Source of the DNA: Eledone cirrhosa
Taxonomy: Eukaryota
Assembly: GCA_964016885.1 (NCBI GenBank)
Contig: OZ024742.1
Location: forward strand, 279,248,001-279,312,000
Reading direction: 5' to 3'
DNA length: 64,000 bases
Shown here: positions 40,137-54,091 of the stretch, piece by piece
Layout of the letters: the number at the start of each line of letters is the position of its first letter
Numbering within the stretch: position 1 is the first letter of the stretch
The notes under the pieces: model-generated
Told to the model about the DNA's origin: nothing
Seen by the model: only the letters and a program-made list of their open reading frames with translations
The model's database searches: none
Made by a program: the position numbers and the translations under genes

Positions 40137-40985
40137 GTGGTAGAACACTGGAAGGTAATATCCGTAGCGGTAGAACACTCAGTCCATGGGACGAGTTAGG
40201 TAGAAGTGGTTATACAACAGTTAGTTCACCATGCTGAGAACAATTGGTTCACCTTAGCGGATCCTCAGCTCGTAATGGATACGGTTATACGGAACAGGAA
40301 GGACAACCGTACGAACGCGCATGCGCAGAAACGATCACTTCACACAGGCAATACTAAATTGCGTGCGAGAGGTGTAAGGGAGACAACTGCGGAAGTCCGA
40401 AAGTTTCTGGTTGATAAGAAAATTAGGATGTTGTTGTAATTCAATCCGGAGCTTTGTAGTTATGTAAGAAGTGTTTCCAGATGTGTGGACAACGTATGAA
40501 GAATTCATTTCTCGTGTTTAGGTAAAATCACTATTGCGTAATCTCTTTAGAATGTTTATTCGTTCATCAATACATAGTCCACACGATGGATTGCCCCTTG
40601 CGTATGGCTTGGACTTAGTGATGGCTTTCCATTGAATGGAGTAGTCTATACCTGAGTCCTTGAGGGACCATACGTGGCTCGCGAGTTTCGTGGATGAACG
40701 TTTGTCCGGGTACCTAAAGGTCGATTGGTGGTTCAGGAAGCGTTCCTTAAATCGACCCATACATGATTTGACCTCCTGTGGCTGATTTGGTCGTTTGGAA
40801 GTGACCACAGCTTTATAAACTACAGCGGGTGTGTTGCATTGCTGTCGAAGGTGACAGGCTTCAGGCTTGCGGCAAGAGCACCCTAGTGGGGTGTTGCTCT
40901 TAGGGCTGTTGGTGATGTGAGCCTTCACGTTCTTAGCGCAATAGTATCCTAGTTTTACTTTTTGTCGGATAAAGATGGAGCGGTT
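40137..40985 (-). mobile_element. 5'-truncated Naiad-type PLE (GIY-YIG plus 3' region with degenerate HHR at ~40235-40272)
   Basis: ORF 40518-41063: CSCRKPEACHLRQQC...VVYKAVV...RFKERFLNHQSTF...LASHVWSLK...IQWK...CGLCIDER. Confidence 0.88.
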
Positions 40986-41085
40986 ATTATGACCTATGTT
41001 TTGATTATTCAATTTCAGTAGTGCTTCTAATCTATTGTAAAATTGTATTCGTTGAATAATCAACGAACCATATTAATCTTTCGTC

Positions 41086-41109
<24 letters not shown>

Positions 41110-41117
<8 letters not shown>

Positions 41118-42360
41118 TATGATCATGCACGAAACAAAGGCTCTACCTAAGGTTTCGAAAGCCAGTATTGACCATATCTCCAGATTGTAAGAGGGATCAG
41201 ATTTGTGGCCTAGTCTTCATGCGCTTAGACGAGTTTGAAATATCATAAAAATAAGCGCGTTAAACGCTTCTTTATGAAAAAATGGTGGAGGGAAATAACT
41301 CGATGATAGACATTTGAAATGGCCAAGTTCGCACGCGTGTTAGTGTGTGTGTGTGCACAATGGTAGATTTATGGTATTCTGTTGTAGAATGTAATATAGA
41401 GAAGTCAATAATTATTAATTCACGGAGATGAGTAGCATAGAAGGTGTTAGGATATTATGTAAGCGTCGCAAAAGAAAAGATATCAAGAACATATATAAAT
41501 CAATATTAGGTTGGTTGAAAGGAAGTAAAATGTGTCAACTGCCTTCACTTAGCAAGTGGTTAGCCTTTAAGATGTATAGATCCTATAAACACTTTGTTCT
41601 TTAAATTCCAAGAATGATTTTTCGGAGTCGACAAATCTTGTAATATTCTGAACATTTCACTGATGCAGATGTTTCATTTATGAAACCATTGGTATAAGAT
41701 CTGGACTTGTCAAGAACGTTGCAAGTAATTTTATATGGGACACATTTCTCCTTTTAATTGCAAAACCCTTTTTGACAGGGCCTTTCTGCTTCTCATAGCA
41801 GCATTCATGAAGGAGTGGGGATGCGATTAAAAACGTTGTTTAAAACAGTCTTGCTTCTTACCGATATATCTTTAGCTAACTTTTCTGTGGTATTGTCTGA
41901 ATCTCTGCCTTATTCCAATGGACTTGAAATTGCATTTCTGTTGGAGAGGATAGTTACCTTTAAACCTACACAAACAACTAGAATTTACGGCGGGTTGATT
42001 TTTTGCGATGAAATTTAATCTGATAGATTATCTTGTCGGTTATCTCATCGGAATTGTGATTGAAGTTCATACTCTATGTATGATGTGATGGGAAATGTCT
42101 ATCTATTGGAACTAAAAGCGTATTGCGTACATTGGTATTAACTTTAAGTGAAAAATGGTGTGCGAACCAGATCATTCATCTTTTTCGGTTACCATATTTA
42201 GTATGGTTGGGTTGGGAGTGATTGGATGGGTAGTTAAATTTGTCCTTAAAACCACTATATAGGAGGTCTAATTTGTAGTATGGCGCAGACTTATCGAATA
42301 CCTCCCTGGTTGCTGATAGATTTATATGAACATATATAAATAATATATCATCTCTCATTC
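41110..42360 (-). mobile_element. Degraded third Naiad-type PLE fragment
   Basis: Minus-strand SATREVFDKSAPYYK...SGFKDKFNY...RKR*MIWFAHHFSLKVNTNV parallels the large element's FDEKAQYYNEALARAGY...RNIIWFAPPFS. Confidence 0.72.
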
Positions 42361-42420
42361 CTGATTCAGCACTGTTTACCTTTTGCCTGTTATTATACGG
42401 GCATTATACTACACACAGAA

Positions 42421-42493
<73 letters not shown>

Positions 42494-43124
42494 TATATAT
42501 ATATGTACATATATATATGAATATATATAAATGTATATATATACACGTATACACGTATACACGTATGAATATATATATATATATTCATACGTGTATACGT
42601 GTGCGTGTGTGTGTGTGTGTGTGTGTTTGCGCGCGCGCGCGCGTCTCTACATATATACAACGATAAGAAAATCTGATATTCAGGATAAAATTGCAACGAA
42701 TATGAGAGAATACAAAAAACGATACAGATCGGGATATTTCGACTCATTGGACGAAGAATGTACATAAGATGAAGAATGTACATAACGAGACGCGTCAGGG
42801 ATGCCCCTCAAATGAAAGATAGGTTAACCACGAAAGAACAAATGTAGATAGGTAACACCATAGAAAAGAGAAAAAGAGAGATAGTGAGAGTGATTCAGAT
42901 AGATAGATAGATAGAGAGGAGAGAAAGAGAGAGAGAGATTGAGAGAGAAAGCATGTGTGCCTGTTGATTGTATGTATGTATTCATGCATATTGGTATGCA
43001 CGTATGTATGTAAGCCTGTATATTTATGCATATATATATTTGTATGCATGTATGTATGTATGTATGTATATATATATATGTATGTACATACATCTGTATA
43101 TGTATTTGTGTATGTATGTATGAA

Positions 43125-43410
43125 GGCGTGTGAGTTTGTGGTTAGAGTATTCAGCTCAATATTGTAAGGTCATTACCGACAGTACTTTGTGTCCTTGAGC
43201 AAGACACTTATTTCCCGTTGCCCCAGTCCATAAATGAGTTGAACTTGTAGTTCGAAGGACAAATCTTGTCACACACTGTGTCACACTGAATCTTACTGAG
43301 AACTACATGTCTGTGAAATGTTCAGCCATTTGAACGTGAATTGCACGAGCAGGTTGTTCCGTTGATCAGATCAACTGGAACACTCGTCGTCGTAACCGAC
43401 GGAGTGCCTC
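43125..43410 (+). mobile_element. CORE-type SINE
   Basis: GTGTCCTTGAGCAAGACACTTATTTC block and degenerate tRNA head. Confidence 0.68.
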
Positions 43411-43489
43411 CATATATGTATGTGTTGTGTATGTAAGTATGCATGTGTGTATGTATCTATGTATGCATGTATGTATGAATGTATGTGAT

Positions 43490-43925
43490 CTTCTCATAAA
43501 GAGATGTTTTAATGAAGATTCGGAGTCTGTCGCTTCATGAAAAAAAAAAAATGTTTATGGCCATTGATGCTACTGATTTCCTCCGCCTTTTGACAGAGGA
43601 TGTCCAGATTCACCCTCCTCAGCAAGCAAGCTTGGTGGGGTTGCCGGTTTCGTCGCCAATGACTCGACCATGCATCTATTGTAGAACAGTTCCCCTTTGT
43701 GGCAAATACATTTGATGTTCAGAGAGTGGGATTGGCTCCGTGCAAAGCCTTTCCTCACTTAAAAAAAGCTTCAAGTACAGGCATCGCTTGATATATGACA
43801 TTTATTGCGATGCATGGTATTACTGACCATAGGCAAGTCCCTAGCAGATCTAAAAAGCCACATCTGCAATGCTCATGTTTAACTATCAAGCGATGGCATT
43901 ACTCGAAATCGAATTGCAGCCGTCA
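43490..43925. mobile_element. RTE-derived non-autonomous element with inverted 5' half
   Basis: 43490-43680 is the reverse complement of the family's 5' part (33485-33620, 34380-34490); 43686-43925 matches 34540-34760 directly. Confidence 0.72.
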
Positions 43926-44090
43926 TGTATGTATATGTATGCATGCATGGCTGTATGTATGTATGTGTTTGTGTATGTATGTCTGTATGTAAGCATATAT
44001 GTATTATGTATGTATGTATGTATGTATGTATGTATGTATGTATGTATGTATGTATGTATGTATGTATGTATGTATGTATGCATGTATGTA

Positions 44091-44121
<31 letters not shown>

Positions 44122-44361
44122 ATGTATGAATTCGTGTATGTATGGGTGTTGTTCACTGTATGTGTTATATATTTCAGTATATAGGTATGTATTTTTTTCT
44201 TGTCTATTCGCATTAGCTGTACTTATGCACACCAGCACACATACATACACAAACACACAGTCACAAACACACACACACACACACACACATGCACATATGC
44301 CCGCACACATGCCCGCACACTCTCCCTCCCTCACACACAAACACCCACACACACATATATG

Positions 44362-44401
<40 letters not shown>

Positions 44402-45304
44402 TATATGTACAAGAGTATATGGGCGTGATTATACTACAAAGGAGGAGGTTTCTTTAGTCAATAGAGTCTTGATATGTTCGAAGGCTTATGCTAATACACA
44501 TGGGTGAAGTCGAAGGAGAAAATATTGATGTGAAGAAGCTCCATCTCTATAGTAACTATAAAACTGAATGTAAATAAGACATAGCCATAAATATATTATA
44601 ATCGGTGAATTGGTTATTGTTAACAGATGTGGCAGAACACAAAGAAAGAAATGGAGTGGGTGTTTTCAGCGAGTTTCAGTGTTATTGCTTACCGCGTTGT
44701 GCAGCGCTGTGTCCAATTATTGTAATTAAAACGACACTTTCTATGTATACATGTATGTATTGATGAATTGATGTTTTAATTACCATAACAAACGTTCGAT
44801 GATCTTTTGATTCCAGAGAAGGACCAGATCGATACAGATCAAACCTTGAACTGATCAATCGCGAAACGCGCGTCACAATTCAATTAACGTAATGAAGACC
44901 CAACAGATCGTCCTTTTTATTATTAATATTACACTCTGTTAAGAACTATACTTTAAACTTACTGGAAACTACGCATCGTGTGCTCACTCTGATGAACATA
45001 CAGTAACAGGACGTTACACTCCCTACATATATATGTAGATATTATTATTATTACTTTCAAAGTTAAGGGTATCATGAATGATGCAAAATCAAACATATTT
45101 CTTGTCTCTAAATACAGATCAAGATAGAATTCAGAGAATAAAATCGAGCCTTAATCATTATCAGTGATTGAAATATATTCATACACAGATAAGTGTGCAC
45201 TAAGACATATCAAAACATAGTACTAGAGACAATCTACACTGAAAGTAAGACTACATAATTCGTTGGTTATCTTATTAAATCTAATAAATATTTAAAAACA
45301 AAAT

Positions 45305-45660
45305 ACCTGTTCACGTTCCGCGGTGGTAAACCTCTCGTCTGGAATGCCACTTGCACCGACACTTTCTGCAGCAGCAACCTGGTGCAGTCTGCGACTGACC
45401 CACTTTCTGCTGCACGTCGGGCTGAGGAGGCTAAACTCCGCAAATACCGGTCGCTCTCCGACAGGTTTGCGGTCGTACCCCTGGCTGTGGAGACTTCTTG
45501 TGTACTCGGCCCCAGGGCTACCTCCTTACTCACCACCATAGGCGCTGAAATGGCGAGCTGCAGGTGTGAGCCCCGTGAGTTGGAGTGGCTTTTCCAGCGC
45601 GTTACCCATGCCGTCCTCCGGGAAAACGCCTTCTCCATTCTGTCCGCCGGGGCTGTGGGT
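45305..45660 (+). mobile_element. CRE-clade non-LTR retrotransposon 3' fragment (RLE domain)
   Basis: FRGGKPLVWNATCTDT...AARRAEEAKLRKY...VPLAVETSCVLG...WLFQRVTHAVLRENA. Confidence 0.8.
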
Positions 45661-45899
45661 GGGCCACATCGCGTATCAGGCCGATCAATAAAGTACCAAT
45701 CCGATATTGGTGTCGATTCTCCACCCACCTTTTCTCTCTATCCGCACACATACATCTTTCCCCCTAAAAGTATATAATGGCAACCTTATTTTAAGTATTG
45801 AAACTACTGATGATGTACATATGTACTACATGTAAATATGTACCTACATACTTTGGAATGTTCTTTCATGAAACCATTTATTATATATATATATATAAT

Positions 45900-46618
45900 A
45901 AATCCCTAGAATCCACCACATCCCATGGATATTACCCAGTATTCCACCACATCCTCTACGGAACTACCTTAAGGACTCACCCACTGACATACACTAACAA
46001 AAAAAGGTTTTCCCACACGCCACCTACATCCACAACACGCATAAACACCACACGCACACGTGCGTACCACCACATATTTACACACTCAGCCTCCGGAATC
46101 CTCTCCCCCCATCCCTCTGACCCCTCCCCGTCCACACACGCACACACACTCCGACCTAAACCCCACCCCATTCACACCTCTTCCTGAACAGGCAACCCCG
46201 TTCTTGCCCCAACTCTTACTTTCACATACACACACACACACACACACGTACACCTACACACACACACCACCTTCAGCCCTCCCCGCCCGGACACCCCGCC
46301 TCCCTCTCCCCGCTCCACCCGCCACCACCCCTACACGCTCCACACCCTTCCACCACCTGTTTTACTTCATGTTTATTTTTATTTTTATCATGCTTTTATA
46401 TTTAATTTCATTTGCACCGTTTCCTCTCACCCCCTTTTTTCTATATGTCTCTCCCCCACTCCCCTACACATCCTTGGAACTCTCTTCCCACACACTTTTC
46501 CCCTGAAGAAGGGCTTATGCCCGAAACGTCGTTCCCCACCACCACCCCACTCTCAAGAGCGTGAAACTAATAAACCTTTGTTCGTATTGCCTCTCTGTTT
46601 TGTTCCCGTTCAATTTTT

Positions 46619-46622
<4 letters not shown>
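45900..46622 (+). mobile_element. Probable PLE 3' end with ultra-minimal HHR core at 46503-46530
   Basis: CTGAAGA-AGGGC.TTAT.GCCC-GAAAC-GTC; C-rich UTR; AATAAA at ~46570; ends in (TA)n. Confidence 0.6.
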
Positions 46623-46682
<60 letters not shown>

Positions 46683-46686
<4 letters not shown>

Positions 46687-46960
46687 GAAAGACGTAAAAT
46701 AAGAACATTATAAAAATGAACTTACTTACTAAAATTTCACTCCAACTAATTAGTTTCTGAAAGGGAATAAACATGGTTTCCAAATTGAAAGCATGGAGAA
46801 GCCGTTTCGTCATCAGGAAGTCTGTTCTCAGTTAAGTTACCAGGCGATGGTGGACACAGGGAACTTATACAAAATAATTCAGTGGATGGAAAAAAGCAAG
46901 CGTGGACTAAATTCAAAGACATTGAAAAAATCACTGGCTACTTGGTCGGTGGCAAATTGA
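46683..46960 (-). mobile_element. Single-arm family B module with HHR at 46739-46821
   Basis: Homologous to 8868-9153; minus strand ACTTC-CTGATGA-cGAAA...TTTCa-GAAAC-TAATTA-GTT-GGAGT. Confidence 0.8.
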
Positions 46961-47009
46961 AAAGAATCAATCACGTGACATCGAGGTTAATCAGTGTGTT
47001 ATATATATG

Positions 47010-47062
<53 letters not shown>

Positions 47063-47256
47063 TTATGGGTGCGTGTGTGTGTGTGTATGTGTGTGTGATT
47101 TGAAGTAACTTCTGCTTTGATTGCTTACTTTACCGTTCATGACTATGACGTACCTCTTTTTTGGCTCGTCTCGTCTTCGTCTTGCAAATTAATTCAGGGC
47201 AGTATTTCACTGTCTGGTTAGACGTTGTGACATAGAATTGACCAGGCAATCCTTCT

Positions 47257-47288
<32 letters not shown>

Positions 47289-47291
47289 ACA

Positions 47292-47374
<83 letters not shown>

Positions 47375-47944
47375 ACACACTCTCACACATATCCACACAC
47401 ACACGCACATACACACATACACACACACACACACACAGGCACACAGGCGCGCGCACACACATATATATATATGTTAGTAAAATTAGAGGATCTACTGCGA
47501 GCTCAGCGGTTCCAGCTAGTCTACGACGGTTGCCGAAATTTCCCAGGCTACTAGCCTCAAATTCAATAAAGTAGAACTCTTTATAATGAGAAAATGTAAA
47601 CGAATTGTGAAAGTGCACTAGAATAGTTAATCAAAAGTGGCAGTGATTGGGTGATAATATTCGCATATCAAAATCCTAGACGGTACCGTTTCTGCGCAAC
47701 ATTCTGCCTTTAACATATGTTATTAAACGTGTCATATGCCTACTATCGGCAAATATTAAAGAATTCGACTGTGCTGCGCTTAATCAGCAGAAGCCCATCC
47801 TAACATAGTGGCCTTCAAGTGAAAATCTCAACACACATCGTTAGCCTCACCAGTTCTAGCATTTCAGTGCTGACGTGACAAATGACTTCTAAAAATCAGG
47901 AATACCGCTATAGGCTACTAAACCCCTTCTCTGTACCAAATTTA

Positions 47945-48126
47945 GTGAATTGACAGTATCGGTAGAGGGTCGGACGCCATGCTTTGCAGCATAGTTACGT
48001 CTCTTTGCGGTCTGAGTTCAATCCCGTCGAGGATATCTTTGCCTTTCATCCTTACGGGGTTGATAAAATAAAGTACCAGTAATGCACTGGGATAATTGCT
48101 GGCCTCGTGCTGAAAGTAGAAACAAT
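47945..48126 (+). mobile_element. tRNA-derived SINE
   Basis: Family head, B box and body. Confidence 0.8.
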
Positions 48127-48558
48127 TAATTGACCTAAGAATGCTGAAAGAGACATGCAGAGACACAAGATCGAAATCCCGTTATTGCGAAGCGATCATA
48201 GCTGTACATGCACCATAGCCATATATACATATTTACAGATGTGGATTTGTAAATACATAAATAATTATAACAATTATGATATATACACATATGAAGAGAG
48301 AGAGTGTGTATGGATAAGAGGGAAAGAGAAGAAGACAAAGACAAAGAGAGAGAGATAGATAGATAGAGAGAGAAAGAGAGGGGTTCAAAAATAAAGCTGG
48401 AACAGACGACAGTACACTAGATAGAGCGAGCGAAACTGGTCATCATATTTGATTATTCATATGCATATAAACCATATGTATGTATGTATGTATCTAATGA
48501 ATGCTTGTGTCTCTGTGTGTCCATGTGTGTGTGCAAGCGCGAGCGTTTATGTATATGT

Positions 48559-48590
<32 letters not shown>

Positions 48591-49050
48591 ATACACACAT
48601 ATATATATATATACCTATACGCACAATACGAATATTTTATAGTGAATATGATAATAACATGGGCGTTGTGAATTATAATGTGCTTATTATCTTATTATTT
48701 GTTCGTCTGTTGTTAAGGTTTTATGACTTATTCCTATTCATGTAAGCTAAAGAAAGGAAAATAAAGGCATTAATGGCATAACAAGAATACCTATTATTTA
48801 TATGTACACTCTTTTAATAATATTTGTTATAAGATATATTAAATTTAAAGTCGACTGAAAAAGAACCTGACTAACATAATCCACAAACAGATTCTACCAC
48901 ACACAATATATATATATATGTATGTGTGTGTGTTTATATACCTATATATATATATATTTAAATATATAAATATATATATATATTTATATATATACACATA
49001 CACATTTATGTGTGTGTATGTGAGTGCATGTGTCTGTCTGTTTGTGTATA

Positions 49051-49085
<35 letters not shown>

Positions 49086-49433
49086 GTATACTTTTATGTG
49101 TGCGTATGTGTGTGCGTGTGTCTGTGTGTATGTGTGTGTATGTGCCGGTGAAAACGTTAAAATAATTTGCATGTTAAAGAATTTAATAATAAATTACCAA
49201 CAAAGCTATCTTTTGACAAGTAATATATAGAACTTGTTTAGCATGAACTTTGATGTATATTTCATTATGAATCTAGTAAAAAGCCTTTCAGTATTCTTCT
49301 ATTGTGAAATGAGAAATAAAAAGAGAAATAACATATACATTTTATACTGTATCCATACTGTAATTACTTACGTATTTATTATTTTTAAATTTCAATTAAA
49401 CTCGACTCAAATATTCTATTGCTATGTTGAAAT

Positions 49434-49621
49434 ATAATTGTTTCTACTTTTAACACAAAGCCAACAATTATCCCAGTGCATTACTGGTACTTTATTTTAT
49501 CGACCCCGTAAGGATGAAAGGCAAAGTTAACCTCGGCGGGATTTGAACTCAGCCCATAAAGGGACGTAACTCTATGCTGGAAAGCATTCGTCCGACCCTC
49601 TATCGATACTGCCAATCCACC
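49434..49621 (-). mobile_element. tRNA-derived SINE with 13-bp TSD
   Basis: Flanked by GCTATGTTGAAAT at 49421-49433 and 49622-49634. Confidence 0.85.
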
Positions 49622-51590
49622 GCTATGTTGAAATGGAGCTGCACCCTTCGCGGCTTTAAGTAATGTTGTGTTGTACATATGCATTCGGAAAACTTTAAGA
49701 CAATAATTGTACCTTCCCTTTAACATGAAACCGTATTACCTACTGCAAAGGGTTAAAACACTACGCCTTATTGCTATCATTCTTTTCATGAATCTTATCA
49801 ATCTCCAAATAGACTGATGCCGTGCCTCCTACAAGCAATTAACGGACAAAAGTATTTTTATATAAGGGTCTTCAACATACGTAAAGAACAGGAACAATAT
49901 ATCGTAAAGCATGTTGACCGACGCTATACCGATTCCGACAATACACCATAATAAAAAAACAAACAACTGTGTAATTACTGAATATGAATTAGTATAGATG
50001 TCGTGATTGAGGATTCGTACTACAAACACTTCGACGTACCTGTGGTCTGAATGGACATTTCCTTTTGTAGCGGGGAGAGATGTTTCACATTCCTCACAGA
50101 AACTCAATCTACTGATACATTGCGTTGACGATTTACTACGAGTATTTAACGCCTTTTGCTAGTGTAAGCCCAGTGGCCCCATGGTTAGAGTTTGGGATTA
50201 ACTATCATAAGTTCATGTATTATTTTCCTCATGTCAAACTGCTCCTTCTACCAGTAGTTGCAATCGGTAGGTGGTATCTTCAACGGAATGACCAATTGAA
50301 ACATCATTTCCTGAGTCTGATCTGACGAAAAGCTTCTTCCTTTTATTTTCCTTTTACCAGTCTAAGTATCCACTATTCACATTGTATTTACTGCAGAAAG
50401 GCACCATCTTTAAGTGGCTCCTGTTTGACTCGTGTATTACGTATGCAGAAAGCTATCTTATGGTCCTTTCCTACAGACATATTGTTATTATTAACATTGT
50501 TTCGCTTCATTTATTGTTTACTACCAATGCAATCAAGGACGATGAAGAAAAGATAGTTTCCCCTTCAGGTGAAAGAAATATATTTACGTGTTATATGATT
50601 CTGTTGTGTGAGAAATATCTATTTCAGAATGGCGACTGTAGTGGTTATACTGGAAGATGATGAAAAAGAAAATTTCTCCTTTAACAGCAAAGCAATGGGA
50701 ATGGAATACAAATCCTTTGTCTATTGTGAAGAACAATTCCTCAAATTAACAGCAACAATTCAAACAGTGAAAGCAATACAAACAACATTTACATATACAA
50801 TAGCTAGTCAACAAGAGAGGAAATCTATACTGTCGCAAACCCTGCTAGAGATAATGGCAATATGTACCTACATTTATACAGCATGGCAACGAAATATGAT
50901 TATTGAATAACAAACTTTAAGTATAACTAAAACGATAAAACTCCATTAACTAGCCCACAAGAGATGGTGTCTCTACAGCTTACACCTTCCCTTTTGAAAA
51001 CAAATTGGTACATTTAATAATATAGTCTTAGATATAATTAAAATAATGACTAGAATAACGAAGATAAGAGGGATCACTATATGAGACATTTGACTGGCTA
51101 GTAATACCAGCGTTGTCTAGCTCAAATTACACAGTAACATCATGGAAAAGTAGAGGACATTTTGAATAATAAGATTTTAGCTATATATTTAAAACAATGT
51201 CAGTCTTGGTAGAAAATGAGAAACAATGTATCTGACTTGAAATTATATTAGGTTAATTAAGATCGACTAAATTCCCATCAAGTCAATTCCAGAGAATATC
51301 CAAAATCTCATGATCGGACCAGTAAAGGAATATATATATAATTGGTGTGGGATGCTTAAAGCGTCCGTAAGCGGTATGCCGTTTGAGCACTAGATGCTCT
51401 TACAGAGCAGAGTATAATATCACATAAGAAACGGAGAATCAGTGGTGCGACGAATAAGATTTATTAGACATATTTCAATCCTTTCTCTGGCAACCAGCTC
51501 GAGGCACGATCAATGCAATTATCAAACCTGACTCTGAAATCCCAAGATCCTCAGATATGTCTCGATTCTACGAAGTAGAGTTTTGGAAAC

Positions 51591-51623
<33 letters not shown>

Positions 51624-51624
<1 letters not shown>

Positions 51625-52252
51625 AATTAGAAATTAGAAATTATAGGCTTTAACCGTATTTTAGACTAAAGACATTTCTAGCCTGATAGTGGGGTTTATA
51701 ACCCTCGGAGAAATGGAAAAAGATGAGTGTTGCCGTACATGGGAGTCGAACCCACATCTTTGGTTATCCAGACCACTGTGCTACCATTACACCAATACAC
51801 ATCCCGTCTCCTTCCATTCGAATTAGAAGCTATGAACTTAGCAAGTGAATGATAAACAAGCAAATTATAAATGTAAACATGTAAGTATATTTGTGAAACG
51901 GTGCGCGAGTTTGAAAATTAGAAATTAGAAATTAAATGCTTTCACCGTATTTTAGACTAAAGAAATTTCTAGCCTGATAGTGGGGTTTATAATTCTAATT
52001 CGAATGGAAGGAGACGGGATGTGTATTGGTGTAATCGTAGCACAGTGGTCTGGATAACCAAAGATGTGGGTTCGACTCCCATGTACGGCAACACTCATCT
52101 TTTTCCATTTCTCCGAGGGTTATAAACCCCACTATCAGGCTAGAAATTTCTTTAGTGTAAAATACGGTGAAAGCTTATAATTTCTAATTTCTAATTTTCA
52201 AACTCGCGCACCGTTTCAAAAACATACTTACATGTTTACATTTGTAATAGCT

Positions 52253-52255
<3 letters not shown>
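51624..52255. mobile_element. Fold-back, partially tandem ~291-bp unit with internal tRNA-like cassette, in (TA)n
   Basis: Minus-strand 1.27-mer (51624-51914 plus 51915-51992) joined to a plus-strand copy (51993-52255). Confidence 0.85.
52020..52090 (+). pseudogene. tRNA-like Pol III cassette (second copy on minus strand 51731-51801); not a credible functional tRNA
   Basis: A box TGGTGTAAT(G/C)GTAGC, anticodon-like stem TGGT/ACCA with 7-nt loop, T arm GTGGG-TTCGACT-CCCAT, weak acceptor stem, TTTTT downstream. Confidence 0.65.
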
Positions 52256-52282
<27 letters not shown>

Positions 52283-52287
<5 letters not shown>

Positions 52288-52692
52288 CTAACAAGAATCG
52301 CATTTCGGCGGGTAGAAAAGGCGAAACGAAACGCAAAAATCAGAAATAATGCTGGCAAGCGCTCCATAGTTAAAGAACCAGAGCTAAACAATATGTTAAG
52401 ACTCCATACAAAACTGAAATAGTGGTCAAGAAAGCATCAACCACCTAAGCCAAAAAGCAAATCAAGCTAAACAGGTCAAAACATATTAACATACGTCTAG
52501 TGCGCTCATCAGATAGATAACCCCTCTATCTGATGAGCGAACTAGATGTGTGTTAACATTGTTTAGGGTCCTAAAACCTTTTGTAATGGAGTAGTTATAT
52601 ATTATGTTATTGACTTGCTAATTAATAGCTCTGTTATATACATAGAGCACTCTTTTCTCTTTTGTCATTTCTTTAGAAATACTTACCTTACA
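52283..52692. mobile_element. Module with short central palindrome (52486-52556) and degenerate HHR (52525-52590), family D
   Basis: TCTAT-CTGATGA...AAAAC.CTTTT.GTA-ATGGA; tail AGCTCTGTTA...CATAGAGCACTCTTTT shared with ~61795-61830. Confidence 0.6.
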
Positions 52693-52836
52693 TATATACA
52701 TATATACATATACACACACACACGCATTTTAATCTTATAGTCTGGTCTAATTGATTTTTTGTGTGGTTAATTATGCTAATTGGGAGAGGAAATGGTGTAT
52801 ATATATTATCAAATGATTCTATGGACATACTTTAAA

Positions 52837-52940
<104 letters not shown>

Positions 52941-53603
52941 TCTACTTACAGCAGTGACATAGGTACATAAGTCTCCCAACTCTTTCAGCCTGTTATAAAA
53001 ACAGAGATCTAATTATACTTAACTCATCCTATGGGCAGACTGCAATTACCCTTGGATATTTCTACCAAACTTTTACTACAGTATATATATATATATATTT
53101 GTGTGTTTGTGTGCACGCGCGCATGTGTGTATGTATGTGTGTGTGAGTGCGTGCGTGTGTATGTGTGTTAATTAAATTGAAATTAAACAATATATTTTAA
53201 CTGGGTTTATTTTTATTCTTTTAAACTGAAATCTATAACAATGTTTCCAACTACATTGAAAAGCGAATTTCCAGATTAACACACGATAAAATATCTGTAT
53301 ATGTATGTAACCAGTAAAATAATATAAGTATATCAAAATAAAAAAAATGATTACATGTATTATACGCTGTTATCGTTTAACAATGTCTGTCTGGGTAGAG
53401 ATTATATATATATTCCTAGTTCATTATATGTAACTTAAACGGTATTATACGTATTTAAGGATACTGTATGTATTAAAATATATTATATGTATTTAAGAAA
53501 ATATATGCATTTCTAACGTATTTTTGTATTTTAAACGATGTAAGAATATTATATGAATTTAAATATAATATATATCTTTTAGTACATTATTTGTATTTTA
53601 AAT

Positions 53604-53671
<68 letters not shown>

Positions 53672-54091
53672 TGTTTACATAATTATTATAGGTGTATATA
53701 TATATGCAATACATGTATTAAATGATGGTATATATTTTTAAGTATAATATATGTATTTCTAGTGTATTGTATCTATTTTAAGTGGTGTTATATGTATTTA
53801 AGGGTAATATATGTATTTACTATTCAGAAGCGTAACATACGAAATGTACAGCGTTCAGAAGAACTGAATATTTAACACATTAACTCATATAATGACTATT
53901 ATATACAATACAGCAGTGAGTAAAGTATGAGACACAGAGACATGTTGACTGACTTACAGATATGCCTTTGTATATGTATATCTTAAATCAAGCAAATATA
54001 TGTATATATATTTGTACGTACGTACGTATGTATGTTTGTATGTATGTATTTCTTTATGTACGTACGTATGTATGTATGTATGTATGTATGA

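Noticed and set aside
51683-51715. Hammerhead at CTGATAG...GAAA in the tRNA-bearing unit
   Set aside because: The core is not CUGANGA and stems I/III are not found.
52020-52090. Functional tRNA gene
   Set aside because: Poor acceptor stem, GGA anticodon without a serine-type long variable arm, and embedded in a repeat unit.
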